Made by a program: the position numbers and the translations under genes | In this document: in pieces, positions 1 through 12,592 of the stretch | Numbering within the stretch: the stretch's first letter is position 1 | How the letters are laid out: every line of letters begins with the position of its first letter | Notes under the pieces: model-generated | Told to the model about the DNA's origin: nothing | What the model saw: only the letters and a program-made list of their open reading frames with translations | The model's database searches: none | Source: Raillietiella orientalis | Lineage: Eukaryota | Direction: 5' to 3' | Assembly: GCA_036172245.1 (NCBI GenBank) | Contig: JAYWIR010000012.1 | Span: 4,154,001 to 4,218,000 of the forward strand | Length of the DNA stretch: 64,000 nt

Positions 1-649
1 TTATTTACCAACTTATGTGTTTGCTTGTTCCCCATTTTACATTTCTACCAGGAATGTTATCTGATATACATTCAATGCATATTGGGGAAAAAGTCGTATT
101 TTTCGCCAAGAGTTTTTTTGCATAAAAAATGTATCTGTGAAAGTTTAAAATACTGTTGACCTTGAGGGTTCAGTGAAGTAGTAACATGGTAAAGTAGATG
201 ACATAACATATGCGAATAATTTTCCTTGTTGCACATTTTAAAACTGCGACCAAGTAGCAGTACAATTCTAAAGATTCAAATAACCGGAAACGTGTTGCAC
301 AGTCAGCTCACAAGAAACAGGACATTTGGGGAGTGGATGGCCCACAGAAGTGTGTTAATGGGGTTATAGGCAATAATAATCATTCCTTAAATTTTGCAGG
401 CCTGTGAAATGACTTCACAAGTTTCGATTTGCAGTTAGATTTCTTCTTGCTTCGAAGCAAAATAGCATGCAGTCTTTTAATTCTTCTCAGCACAGACTCA
501 TGAGTGAAATATGTGAGCCGGATTTGCAAAGTGGAGATCTGTGGAAGTTCATCCAGTCAATCTTCCATGTGAACGCAGTCTTCCTCTCGTCTTGCTGATA
601 TCTACATTTACATCTTGATGCTAGTTCGGGCTTTGTTTTACCATTCGAA

Positions 650-2720
650 TTTGTTTGTCTTCTGACTGTGATCGATATTTGAGAAAGAACTGTCCCCTTA
701 GTTACGTGACTGCAAACGATACTCCTACCATAGCTGAATTCGTCTCACCTCTGCATTTCTGGTATCAGTTTTTTTTTTTTTTTTTTTTTGGGTGGGGCTT
801 TCTCGTGGAATCGAATCAAACTCTGCACGGCATGCCGATTCTTGGAGAAAACATTTAATCATAAGGTGGACGAGAACGAAGATGTGAATATGTACTAACG
901 TACCTTTATTTCAAAACCTGGTTTACTGATTTGAAGTTTTGAAGTGATATGATTCAACTTACTGAGGCAAAACTTTCTTGAAAGATGAGGTGACTGCGTA
1001 TGAATTCACAATTTCAGATCCCATTGCACAACTCCAAATTGTCGTGGAAACGAGTCTAACAGCGGCGCAAAATGTAGGAATGCAAACCTTGAGTTGTTTC
1101 TTGTATATTGCATGCAAGGTTTGCACGTCAGATAAACTTGCAAGATCTGCTTTCGGTGTGTATACTGCAAAGGTTTTTGCTTATCAGTGAAAGCCTTCTG
1201 TCACCTCTTTTTATCCTTACAAAGCAACCACATTAAATGAACACAGTTGTGGCACTCAATGGACTCCTACATTGGCTTGCTCCGCTGAATAGGGGAAGAA
1301 CCCACAGAGTTGCAAGAAGACCCCTCTTAAGTTCCTGAGCTCTCCCAACGTTAGCAGCATTAGGTCCGCCGACCTTGTAAGTTCGCTGATAACCCAAGGC
1401 TGACTTCAGAAAAACTGCATCTCCTGTTTGTCCACAAGACTGTTATGAAGACAACTTTTATATAGCTTATCGTTGGGAGTCAATAACGAACTGTGCTGAG
1501 GCGAGTGCTTCCGCTTCATCTGCTTCGGCTAAATGTCCCATGTTTTTCATACTGGGCCGAGAAAAATAAAATCTCCTCCTCCTTGAAATCAGCCTCTTTC
1601 CTGCGGGGTTCCTTGCGATGTGGTGAAATCCCAGCCTCTTTATGGTTCGTGTATCTCCGTGATCGAGTCCCTCTTCCAAATTTTTCCATCTTTGCGAATC
1701 CATCCTTGGTTTTGGTATCGGGTCCATTTCAGCTTACCAGGAAACCACGACCCTGTCCGGAGACCTCCAGGGGGTCGAGAACGCCGTAGAAGACCGTAAC
1801 GCTTGTTCCAGGCTACCATCTAAACGCTCCAGGAATTTGGCAGAGGGAACATTCTCTCGCGCGAAGCCCGAACACTTCCGCGGATGTGGAGAGGTGGAGG
1901 AGTCGATGGCAGAGCACCCGCAGGGTCCGCGTGAAAATCCTGAAGGGGAATAGAAAGCAAGAAAGGAGAGCGCTTGAGGGAGGGAGGAGCTGAAGAGGAC
2001 GTGTGCTTCATGCCTGCGCGAAGATGCCCGGAAACAAGCTAGCAACTAGATCCAGCTTCGATCAAGGTCAACTTTGCCGGTACCTCGTTCGGAGAACAGA
2101 CGGTGGACCAGAAGGTGCTGGTTTCTGAGGTTGCTGAAGGATGGGTGCGACCAGAGCTTTTCCTGTTACCGTGATTAAACCTTGCTCTTTGCATCCTCAA
2201 CTGTTGACCTCCCTCACGAAATAGATGCCTACTGGCAAGCAGAGATATTTCCACGAAATCTCAGCATTCTGGATGGTTAGACTGCGCATCAGCTCGCTGA
2301 CGCTGCAACACCCTTTTCTCCTTTCCAAGGGACTTCTCCGCTGGGTGGACTCCTAAACCTTCCCTTGGAAGACCTAGAGATGCCCCTGGCGATAACGGGA
2401 CAGCTCGCTCCATCCCCAGGAATGGCAGCATCTGTTCAAGTTGAATTGGGACCAACTTGCAGCTGACGCCGGCACTGCCTGGCTGGGGAAAGCATGGCCT
2501 CGAGCTGTACCAGATGCGACGACATGGAATCCTTCCCGCATCTGCCTATGTTGCCCTCCGGCCAGCAACTCCGTGGAAGGGAGCGGGGAGTTGGAGTTCT
2601 GGCATTTCGGGAGGGGGAAACTCGACACGCGCAGCAAGTTCGGGCATGTCCCTGGCCTGGAAAGCGACACCTGCGCGCCGGTATCTCCGAGAGGGAGGGA
2701 GACACGCCCCACCCCTCCCC
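650..2720 (+). mobile_element. Heavily decayed L1/Tx1-like non-LTR ORF2 remnant (RT region to zinc finger)
   Basis: 2420-2700 reads LNWDQLAAD...ELEFWHFGRGKLDTRSKFGHVPGLESDTCA..SEREGDTPH, resembling the pre-zinc-finger segment of the copy at 50010-50310. Upstream, in the expected order, are very degenerate RT-like remnants (YTAKVF ~1160, LQEDP ~1310, CYEDN ~1440, SYWAEKNKISSSLKS ~1550, LVRRTDGG ~2090). Many stops and frameshifts; boundaries approximate. Confidence 0.45.
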
Positions 2721-2913
2721 CTCGCCTACGTTTGTCCTCCTCCTCCGGAAAAGGGGAGAGGAGACCGACTTCCTCTTTGCCGCCAGTAGGCGGCGTATCC
2801 CCTCGAATCGCTGCATTTCCACCCCTCGGCCCTCTCTCTCTGGACGCGATGATATCCTCCCCCATGCCCTAGCCCAACCTAACTGCGATCTCCTTGAGGT
2901 TTCATTTCCGCCC

Positions 2914-4222
2914 TCAGGGAATGGCGACGCTGCGTCTCTCTTCGCGCTCTTTTTCCTCCTCCTCACGCGAGGAGCCGCTTGTGTCCACGTAGGAGCGCAC
3001 GACAACGTAGAGGTTCCTCAACATGCGGACCACATCATCCATGGAGGAAGCCATGGCCGAGACGGCCGCGGCGCAGGGGAAGTTGGCAGCGGCGAGATGG
3101 GCGGAGCGGACGCAGGTGCGCATCCCGTCCAGAAGGGCGTCGGCCTGTCGAGCGAGCTGCTCCCGCAGACCCAAGTGGGCGACTTCCCTGCGCAGGCCGT
3201 CCGCCACGAAGAGCAGCTTGAAGGCGGCCACCAGGGCACGAGCACAGCCCGTTGAGAACGCCCGGGGCGGTTCCTTGCGGCGCACGCAACGGAGAAAACC
3301 GTCGGTGCGTCGGAAAAACTCCTGGAAGAGCAGCTCCATCTGGCGGGCGCGGGAGAGCGTTTTCTCCGCGTCCGAGGAGGAGGAAGCGGTCAGAGAGAGG
3401 AGGAGGGGAGAAGGAGGGACGACGGGGGAGGAGGGGCCGCCGCAGCAGCTTCCTGAGGGCGGACGCGGACCGGGCAGCATGCCACCTCCCGCAGCCGCAG
3501 CCGGCAAGCCGAAGTACTCCGGATTCTCCAGGAGGGTCGCCACAGCGCCGACCGAGTGTCCGAGCAGGTCGGGGACAGTCTGCAGGTCGGACAGGAGTGT
3601 CAGCGCCCTCGCGTCCCCCTCGGCCAGGGCTCCACAGTCGCAGCCATCCCTCACGCGCGCGCAGTGAGCGCGCAGCACCCGCCGGTTTTCCTCCAGCATG
3701 CGCCGCAGGGGGGCGTCCCGCAGCTCCCCGATCAGCAGGCCGAACAGGCGGCAGAAGGTCTCCAGGTGGCGCACGCACGCCCGCAGGTTTTCCAGGATCT
3801 CCTTGACCCGCGCCTCCGGGAGCGCGCTGCCCGCCGCGGACAAGTCCACCAGGACCCACCGCAGGGGCTCCAGCGCCTCCTTCCTCTTCTCCCGTAGGCA
3901 CAGGAGGGTGTTCCTTAGGAGCGCTTCCTGGGGCGCGCCGCAACCGCCGCGGGCCGAGTCGCCGGGGCAGGGACGCCGCTCCTCTCCGAAGCAGTCCCCA
4001 CAGTCCTCGTCCCGGTCCGGGAAGGTTTCGGGATCAACTCGCGGGACCTCCGCCGGCCTCACGAAGGCGCCATCCCCGCTGGCCGTGGCGCTTTCCTGCC
4101 CCTCCGTCGGGACGCACCAGCATCGCGCGCAGCCGCGGGGAGTGTCGTAAGTCGCGGTGGCGGCGGGCGGCGGGAGGGAGCCGCAGCGCCGGCCCTCCTG
4201 CGGCGGCGTGTCCGTGTAGGAA
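2914..4222 (-). CDS. Cas-family (p130Cas/BCAR1/NEDD9-like) adaptor, terminal exon with helical bundle and C-terminal FAT-like domain; upstream exons probably extend to ~5697
   Basis: C-terminus FLRCVRRKEPPRAFSTGCARALVAAFKLLFVADGLRREV...LLDGMRTCVRSAHLAAANFPCAAAVSAM matches the recalled Cas C-terminal pattern (FF..V..NQPPKIF..HSKFVILSAHKLVFIGDTL.RQ...AALQYPS). A helical segment and a YDTP (YxxP) motif precede it. Acceptor ctttcag just 5' of 4222; stop at 2914. 5' exon structure not resolved. Confidence 0.8.
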
Positions 4223-7200
4223 CCTGAAAGCAGGAAGAGAGCTCGATCGCGGAGCGGGAAAACGCGGCGCGCGCGCCTTCCAGCGGAAGAGGCTTGCTCC
4301 CCCTCCTCCCTCGCCTGCGGACAGGGTGCTCCCGGGTACCTCCGTGTTCCCCTGGGAACCCTGGGTCCGAGACTCGGTCCACCTACCTTGAGGGAGAGAC
4401 TCCGCGTAGGCCCGGGAATTCCACAGTTCGTTTCCAGGAACTGTTTCGCGCGCGCATCGTCTGCGGATTCCTCCGGCATGTTCGTTCACGTACGCTGCCG
4501 CGCAACAGAAGCGGAGGCGGCGGCTGCACATGGGGAAAAGGGTGCACATGCCACCTCCTGCCGGTTGCGCAGGCGCGAACTCGTCCGCTCCCCCTCCCTG
4601 CCCCCGAAAGCTGTGATTTTTTCACCACCGAGGTGGACTGCCGCCTCCCCTTCCCCCGTGGCGGGGCACTTGGGCACGGAGTGCGCGAACCGCAAGGCGC
4701 GGGCCATTGGGCTATCCTCAAGGAAGGAATCCAGGAAGGAAGAACGCGCGATTCGTGGGTGCTTCTCGTTCTGTGCGTTCCCAGCGCGGACGCCCAGCGC
4801 ATCAAGCCGAGACCGAAAGCACGGCAACCGGCGCCGGTGGAAGAACCACCTCCGCCATCCGCCAAGGACGCGGCGACCCTTTCAAGGTCCTCCCGCAAAA
4901 CCGCGAGTTCGAAAACGCGCACTCGCCCCTAAGACTCGACCGCAGAGAAGAAGAAACATCCACCGGCATGGGACATCTCTGTAGTCACCTCTGACGGCTT
5001 CTTCTGTGCCTTTCTGCTGGTGCATCGCGACTGGGGAAGGGGGGAGGGAACGGAAACAAAATGGCGACTCAAGGATCTTCCGGTACATACCATCGATCGC
5101 AGTTGGGGTGTGCGCGTCTCGACGTTCCTTGAGAACTGAGCGGCTGCCGCCGGCCGATCCCTCGACCCGCCCCAAACGAGAGGCGCCCGGCAAAGAGGAA
5201 AGGGCACGAAACGGGAGGGATCGCCGCGCGCGAGAGCCGTCCGCCCGTGCTATCGTCTCCCCGGAACCACCTCGTCGAGAGCCCGTCCGAGGGAAAAGGA
5301 CTCGTGTCTCCCGCAGAGGAGAGCTCCTGGAAGAAGGGCGCCCCCCCCCCCCCTGCTCCACTTCCCCCGCTCTCCGGACGCTCTCCTCCGTTGGGGAGGA
5401 AGGAAGGCGGGCCGGGATCGATCTGCACACCGAGATGCCTGAAAATGACCGCCTCGCACCCCAAAACGGGGTCGCCGCCAGGCGCGCTCGACACGTTTCC
5501 TGCTTTTCTCCAGCGCGACCGTCGGTTAGCAGGCTGAGACGCACGCGTGCGCAGTGGGAAGTTCGCCGAGCCGCGAGCCGGCTGGCGCTACCTGGCGACT
5601 CCTGCGTTGCCCGCGTGCGACGATGCATTCTCCGAACCCCCGCACCTTCCTCGTTCAGATGGCGCGTCCACTGGCCCGAATCGATAAGCTTCCCCATTCT
5701 CGCCTTGAACGCGCGTGCGCACGCGTTAAGGCGAGCCGGTGGGGAGGGGGGCGCTCGCAGACACCCCGTCTCCTGTTTCTGCGGAGAGTCTGCCGCTCGG
5801 GAGAGGCTGTCTCAGGGGTATCCTTCGGGGGAGGAGCAGCCGCGAATCTCCTCCGGGAAGGCCACCGCGGTCGCCGCCCGACCCCTCACGCCATCCCCGC
5901 AACCTCCCCGCGCGTGCGATTCGGTCCTGAGAGGCGGATGGGGAGAGGGGATGGGGTGGAGGAAGGACGCGCGCGCGCGCGCGCGCTCGCAGCGGCGGAG
6001 GCCTTCCGAACGAACAGGGAGAGAGGGACTCACCCATTCCAGTCCCCGTCCGGAACCTGCGAGGGAGGGTCAGCCGCAGCCGCCGCACGGAGAGGCAACG
6101 CGGGCGAGCGTCAGAGCGCCTCTGGCGCCGGACAAGAGAGGACGGCTGCTGTGGAGCCTGCGCGCGACTCCTCCCGTCAGCGGCGCTACTGCGCAGGCGG
6201 GAAGGCGAGGCCCGGCGAATGCAGGACGCGGAGCAGGGAGCAGGAGGACGGCGGCGACAGTTCCCCTTGCCTTTCCGCTCGGGTGGCTGGAGGCGGGGTG
6301 GGGGATCTCGAGGGTGCGACAATCCTGGCATCCCTTCCCTCCCCGAACCGGCGTGCAACGGAGGCGGGCCGCAGCCCGAAGCGGTGGCAGCACCAATACA
6401 GTTAAACACAATGAAATACAATGTGGGTCCATGTGAAATACAATGTGGACGCTCCCGCTTGTCTGCCTTCGATTGCGCGAGGGGAGAGGGGGGCAGGGTT
6501 TTTCGGACCCTAGGCTGCTTCCGGCTTCGTCAGCAACTCCTCGCTCCACGGAAGCTTGGACGACCGCATTCCCCCATGCCTCCCCTGTCCCTTTTCGGAT
6601 CTTACCGCCAGCCGACGGGGAATCCAGGCCTCGTCACGGCCACCGGATCGGGCGAGAAAGAGAAAGAGTGCCTGCGTCCCTTCTGAAGAAGGGCTCTCGT
6701 CGCGGGACGCTTCCTTCGTTCGGCTCTCCTTTGCCTGTCTTTGCAATCCCCGCGTCCGAAGATGACCTACCTGCCTGTACGAAAACCCGCAGAGCTCGAG
6801 GATCCCCGATTTCCTCCCCTGCGTGCTGCCCCCAGCAAGAGAGACGTTCAGTAAACCCGTCCTGGAGGTCTTCCCCATCCTAGTCGGGGAGGGCGCATAA
6901 GCCGCCAGGTGGCACGCCCTTGTGGGGAGGCACACTGAGTGACGAGTGCGATTTGTACCTCTTGATGCCGCTAGGCGGGGATGACAGGCGAGAGAGCGCC
7001 GGGGTGATCGACCCCGATCCCACCCAGCGTGGCGCCAGCTTCGATGCATTCCTGGGAGTTCCCTCAAGAACCCACTCGGCTCTGGGAACTTTCCATGACT
7101 AGGACTGCCCGCTCTTGGGATCCTCGTCCTGCGGCTGCGCCACTTCGTGGACACTGCCGTCGCTGCTTAGCTCCAAACCGTTTCCACGTACCTCCGTGGT

Positions 7201-7778
7201 CACGCTTCATCTCCTTGGAGTCAGCAGCTACTTTTCGGTCTCCCGTAGCTTCACGGGAGAGAAAGAAGGGAGGGGATGCGATCACCATGGAGGAGTTTTC
7301 TTGTCCAGAGAACGTTTATTTGTTCTTCTCCCCCCCTTTTGGGGGGGGAAAGGAAACCACCAGCTTGATTAGTAGATAGCTTTAATGGTCCGCGTGGGAC
7401 TCACCTTTCCCCGCAGGCGCGAAGCCGCATGGTTCATCGAAAGCTGACGAGCGAGCACCGATGAGGGAAAGCTGCGCATGCGCGGCGTAGGTTCCAGAGG
7501 AGAATGGTTAGCAATGGCCGCGGGCGACGAGGCGCGCCCGCGAGAGAGGCGGACGAAATGTCTGCGTTTGCAGTTCCCCGGGGCTGAAGGAAACGACCCC
7601 GCCTCTCAAGCCAGCCCGCACCTCCAGAAGACCGCATGTTTGCAGCAGCAGAATCACTGCGGAGCACAGGAAGGAGAAATGCCACAGTTTTCCGACCATG
7701 AATTCGGGGCAATGACAGTGGTAGCGACCCTGATTTCAAAGCACTTAGGCCTGGATGTTGCTAGTGAAGATTTGATCA

Positions 7779-8010
7779 TCTCCTCCTTCCTCCCTTCCTC
7801 CTCTTCTTCCTCCTTCTTCCTCCTTCTTCCTCCTCTTCTTCCCTTCTTCTTCCTCCCTTTTTCCTCCTCCTCTTTCTCTCCCTTCCTCTTCCTGTTCCTC
7901 CTTCGCTTTTTCCTCCTCCCTTCCTCCTCCCCTTCTTCCTTCTCTTCCCTTCTTTTTCCTCCTTTCCTCCTCCTCCTCCTTTCCTTCCTTCTTCCTGCTC
8001 ATCCTTTTCT
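7779..8010. repeat. ~230-bp polypyrimidine/polypurine (CCT/CTT) low-complexity tract
   Basis: Directly visible; almost only C and T on the + strand. Confidence 0.95.
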
Positions 8011-8049
8011 CATTCGCGTGCTGATGAGGCGAAAACCTCCCCCTCGCAG

Positions 8050-8500
8050 ACTGGGATGCCTGCTTGTGTAACGATGGCCTCCCAACTCTCTCTTGCCGCA
8101 GTGGACTTCATTGCGCAACATTGCTCAAGGGGAATTGCTGCAGGGATGACGCGGCGTGTGGTCAGCGTGTGCTCACCAGCGGGGTCGTACAGTCTTGATC
8201 CGGTTCGGTTAAGAAGGGGATGAGGAGGTCGAAAGGTGCCCTCAGTGCGGGGGTTTGCTCTCGCGGGCTGAGACGAATTGCCGAAGTCTACACTCATTAC
8301 AAAAGCGTCCCTGGAGGTGGAGCTCCTGTCCAGATGTTTCAGGAAGCACCTGGACTCGCAGATCACGAGCTCCTAGCAGGCGGTCAGATTCCAGGCGGTT
8401 CTGGATAGCGGAGTCTCCAACTTCCCCGTAGAGCCGGAATGCCTCCAGGAAAACCATATCCTTGATAGCATTCGTCCAGTAAGCATGCACTCTCTTATCT
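8050..8500 (-). mobile_element. Decayed gag-like ORF1 fragment of a non-LTR retrotransposon
   Basis: HAYWTNAIKDMVFLEAFRLYGEV resembles the L1/Tx1 ORF1 RRM-like segment (..L..YGEV), followed by two degenerate zinc-knuckle-like strings (SRLYDPAGEHTLTTR; HCGKRELGGHRYTS). Cys residues are mostly lost, so this is tentative. Confidence 0.35.
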
Positions 8501-11500
8501 GCTTCTACAAAGGATAGTTCCGTTCATCTACGCACAGCGCAAGGTTCCAGAGTGGCGGAAGAGGGAGGGAGAGGAGGGGAAGCGGCTTTCGTGCTGGAGT
8601 CGATGGCTTTACCCCGCAAAGTGCTGGGATCTCGGAGGAAGAAGATGAGATTCCGTAGGGAAAGAGCAGAAGGAAGTCGAGACAGGAAGGTGACACGCCA
8701 TCTCATTCCTGAAGTCCTCTGCTGTCACCGAGAATCTTCAGTTCCTCGTAGTTCCTTGAGTCTCCAGGCTCGCGAGAAATCCCACAGCAAGAGCTCTCAC
8801 TGAGGCAGGAGCATCCTGGGAGGAGATGCAGGAAGAACTGGCTCCGGTCCACTCAGCTTTCTCACCTCGAGCTGTCTTCAATCTTGCATGGTTGTTTTAG
8901 AACATGAACGGGAAGGCGAAATCCAGTGGGATGACTCGCCTCTCTCCCTGGAGCACCAGCAACCAGTAATCATCATGACCATTAGGAGTTCAAAGAGCAG
9001 TTAGGTCATCGAACTTGGTATTTCCCCTACAAGGAAGCGACCCAGTAGAAGCTGACCAGAAGAACCTATTTTGGACCAAAGTCAACCACTAAACAGAGTA
9101 AGTATGCTGTGCCAAAGGTAGAAGATACGAAATGGTGGCACAATTGCCGTCGAAGTCTCAAGGATGCTTTTCTCTTAGATCTGTAAAGATTTCGACTTGC
9201 CTGCTGAACTCATTCAATAAAAAACAAATGAAAGATGTTGTTTTGAGGAGGCTGTTACTCGAGTCACAACTTCAGCAAGCAGGTAATCCGTATGCAAGTC
9301 TCTAAGATCCCTAGGATATTTACATATTTACTCCAAACTCCAGATTAGAATTTATGCTATATCTCACTACTAAATCCCAGGAACGCGAAAGGGGAAGAAT
9401 TCTTTCAGAGAGATGAAGTTGTTATTGTTGTTTGTCATATTTTATACGGAAACATTCATTCCGTAAATAATTTTACAGCATTCTGTAAAATGCGCTCTGT
9501 AAATGGTGTTTATGAAATGGGCTAAGATGTACAACGAATGGCTGACACTTGTTCTTAAAGATAAGGGGAGCCTAAACTCCAGTTACCTATAGTCCGTAGT
9601 CCAATAATCTACGGTGTCGTGATATGAATCAAAGTTTAACATGGAATTCGACACAATTCAAACAAATAGTTGAAATGCGTCTGTTGATTCTCACAGTGAT
9701 AATTTTTTTCCTAATATTCTATTCTTTCGACTAGTACAGAGCTGATTTTTGCCGATTTTACTTTGTTGCAAAAGATTACCTGGACTCGGAATAAGTGAGA
9801 AAGTTATCCTGATGTAGATATGAGTTAGACATGTGATAGACTTACTTGACGGTGAACCTGTTTATGACCACCTATGTTCCACTGCCATCGTTCTCTTTAG
9901 TACATGATTCTCTTTTTGAAAACCGGAGTCAGGGTTTGCAAAAAAAAAAAAAAAAAAAAAGAGAGAGAGAGAGAGAGAGAAAAGAGAAGAGAATAAAGGA
10001 AGAAGAAAATCCCAAAATGTGAAGGTGTTTCGATCACTGGATGTTCCGATCCAAAGCCTCTTTGGATCGGGACATGGCGTATGTGAACTCTCTTCACATT
10101 GCTGGAATGTTTAGCAACCTTATTTGAGTACACACTTTCAAGAGGAACCTAGAAGCAGCCAGATGTGTTCGGTGCCTATGTTCATCTCCAAGAATCATCC
10201 AGACTGCCGTGTCATCAATGGCCTGTTGAATCTGTGATGATGTATTTTCCAAAAAACTCTTCATCCAACTTGCTAGTCACAAATTATGTATGTGCTTATT
10301 CATATGACGGTTTCTGCATATGCATATGCCAGTGAGACCATGAATTGCAGGTAGATAGATTGCAGCATTTGTTTCGACTTGCAGAAGACATTACCATCAG
10401 GAAAATAGTTTGGAAGATCCATTAACATGTTTATAGGTATGTTAACAAACAGCTGCCTGTCCGCTACAGGTCTTGTCAAGATGGTTCTGGCTTCGCCGTG
10501 TCCGCATCAGAGATTATTCTGTGGACTGAGAATGGAGACATATTTTGGAAGAAAGGGATATGTGACCGACTCGTCTCGATTATGACACCGTCATGGACTT
10601 TCGTTTCAGAAATTGCATGACATTTCCAACAAAAAACGAACGGAAACCATCATCTACCAAATGTCCTTGAGCTCCGAAATTTGATTTTGGCATCCGCCTC
10701 ACACTGGACAATGTTATAAATAGACATGCATGGAGACAGCCGAAGAAAAAAAGATGATTTGAAGAGAAACACATCAGATTTAATACTGGGATGAATGTTC
10801 TCGATGTGTCCTCTGCGCTCATCATAAGTTTCTGAGATGTATAGAACCGACCGTGCATTAATCTGCATCCTGTTTTGAAATAAGCATCAGTGAATTCATC
10901 TTTGTTTAAAAGCGGGGTGTTTATTGAATATTAGAAAAACTTTGATAATGTAAGCCTAAGAAAGCTTCTCAGAGTTGAAGGTCCGTAGCCTTTGTCAGGA
11001 TTTTGCTACAAGGAAATGGGGAAAGATTCTAATCCAATTTTAAGCGTTTTTCTAATAGAGCATCATTGCTTCGTACAAATGAAAATCGTAGCAGTCCAAA
11101 GGGGAGCTCGATTTTTTGATAAAGCACGGCTGATATGGTGGAAATCGAAAACCGAAACACGGACGCCATTAGGGGGTGGTCACGGACACGAAAAGCCGAA
11201 AGTTTCAATTTTCATTTGTCTTCTCCCCCCCCCCCCCCCAAAAAAAAAAAAAAAAAAATTACAAAAATAAAATCCTTTCCTTTGTCATTCCAGAGTTCTT
11301 TTGAATCATATGAACGTATCCATGATTTTTTATAAAAAAAAGAAAAAAAGAGAGAGAGACAGAGAGAAGGAAAGAAAAGAAGCTGCCGATTCCACATACT
11401 TCATTCGCAGTGTTTCCCCTCTATCACGCTATTAGAACAATGGTGTGAGCTCGAGTAGATACGGAAGGATGTTGCTGCTGCTGCTGCCACTCCGAGGAAA

Positions 11501-11506
11501 CAGCAG

Positions 11507-11555
11507 TATAAATCTTCGCATCAGAGCTCGCGAGCGTTAGTTTTGCTGTGTAAGT
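11507..11555 (+). promoter_or_regulatory. Candidate TATA + Inr core promoter and short non-coding first exon of CFDP1
   Basis: TATAAA at 11507, TTAGTT (Inr-like) at 11537-11542 with its A 32 nt from the TATA T, and a GTAAGT donor at 11550. Lies near the CpG-rich to CpG-poor transition upstream of the CFDP1 ATG. Confidence 0.4.
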
Positions 11556-12592
11556 TTGCTGGTGGCTGTTTAGTTTGATAACAAAATTTCATGAGGCATT
11601 AATATTTTTATCGCAGAATGTTACAGTAACGTAAATACCTAAGCTCGAATTGTTCCTTCTTACTGATAGTGCGTGATGGTGCTTAGTCGAACACGTGGTT
11701 GAGTACTGTGTTAGAGATGTCCGCAACTGGATATGACAGTAATAGTTTTAAGTTTTCTTAGTATATTTCTGTCCGTATTCTTGGTTTTAACTTTAATTGT
11801 ATTAGGTAAGTTTCATTGCTTGCTGATGTAGATCTTATAAATCAAGGGCATTGTAACTTAACATGTCAGTGAAGTTCGAGTTTCGAGCTCAAAGATGCAA
11901 CATCAATTTAGCCATTACCGACGAAATAATAGTTATTGTGTATGCATTTTAGGTTGGTATATAGTGTGGAAGTTGTTTTTATCAAAATTTCGTTTATTAA
12001 GAGAATTATTTGGATCAATTAATTCTCCAAATGCAAATGTTGAAGAAATCAGACTAGGCAGAATGAAAGCAATGCAGATGAAACATATAAGAAAAGACTG
12101 ATTGACTACATGAAACCGAAGAAGCATTTCGTGCATAACAATCAATGAAACCTTGAAATGTAACCTTTTTAAATGTTCTAAGTTTAGTTTTATATTATGC
12201 CTTGAATTTTCAAAGGCATCCATTGTATCCATTGTGTTCTATGAATTAAATATAGTGTCATTTTCTGTGAAATATTCTTGCATTAAGGTCATTTATATCC
12301 ATTTTTAACCAGTTGTTTAAAACTGTATAATATGCACTAATTAATGACATTGGGAATTCAGAAAGTAGATCCCCAATCACTTTCACCCTATCTTAAATGA
12401 AGTGGCTAATTTGGTTAGGATTCTAATTTCTATTTGAAGTAGGTCCTTTGTTGAATTGTTGTAAATCATGTCTTTCAGATGAGCATCTTTTTGAGGTTTA
12501 AATGCACAATAAAACTTATTTTGCAGTGATTTTCTGAAGATAAAGACTTATTTTTATTTCATCCACAGCATCATATATCATCACATTAGAAA

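Noticed and set aside
450..1260. Minus-strand APE-like words (SFNV, IVNSYA, AFTW)
   Set aside because: Too degenerate, and they conflict with the better-ordered plus-strand RT-to-zinc-finger interpretation of the same region.
2374..7154. Many long overlapping Arg/Pro/Gly-rich ORFs on both strands (e.g. 5006-6436)
   Set aside because: Expected from very high GC content; only the Cas frame and the retroelement remnants have recognisable motifs.
8021..8036. CTGATGAGGCGAAA hammerhead core
   Set aside because: No real stem II and no stem I/III partners with an NUH cleavage site.
11225..11258. Adjacent poly-C/poly-A runs (similar runs at 35213-35230 and 45643-45670)
   Set aside because: Homopolymers are abundant throughout the window and their lengths are error-prone; no specific structure is supported.
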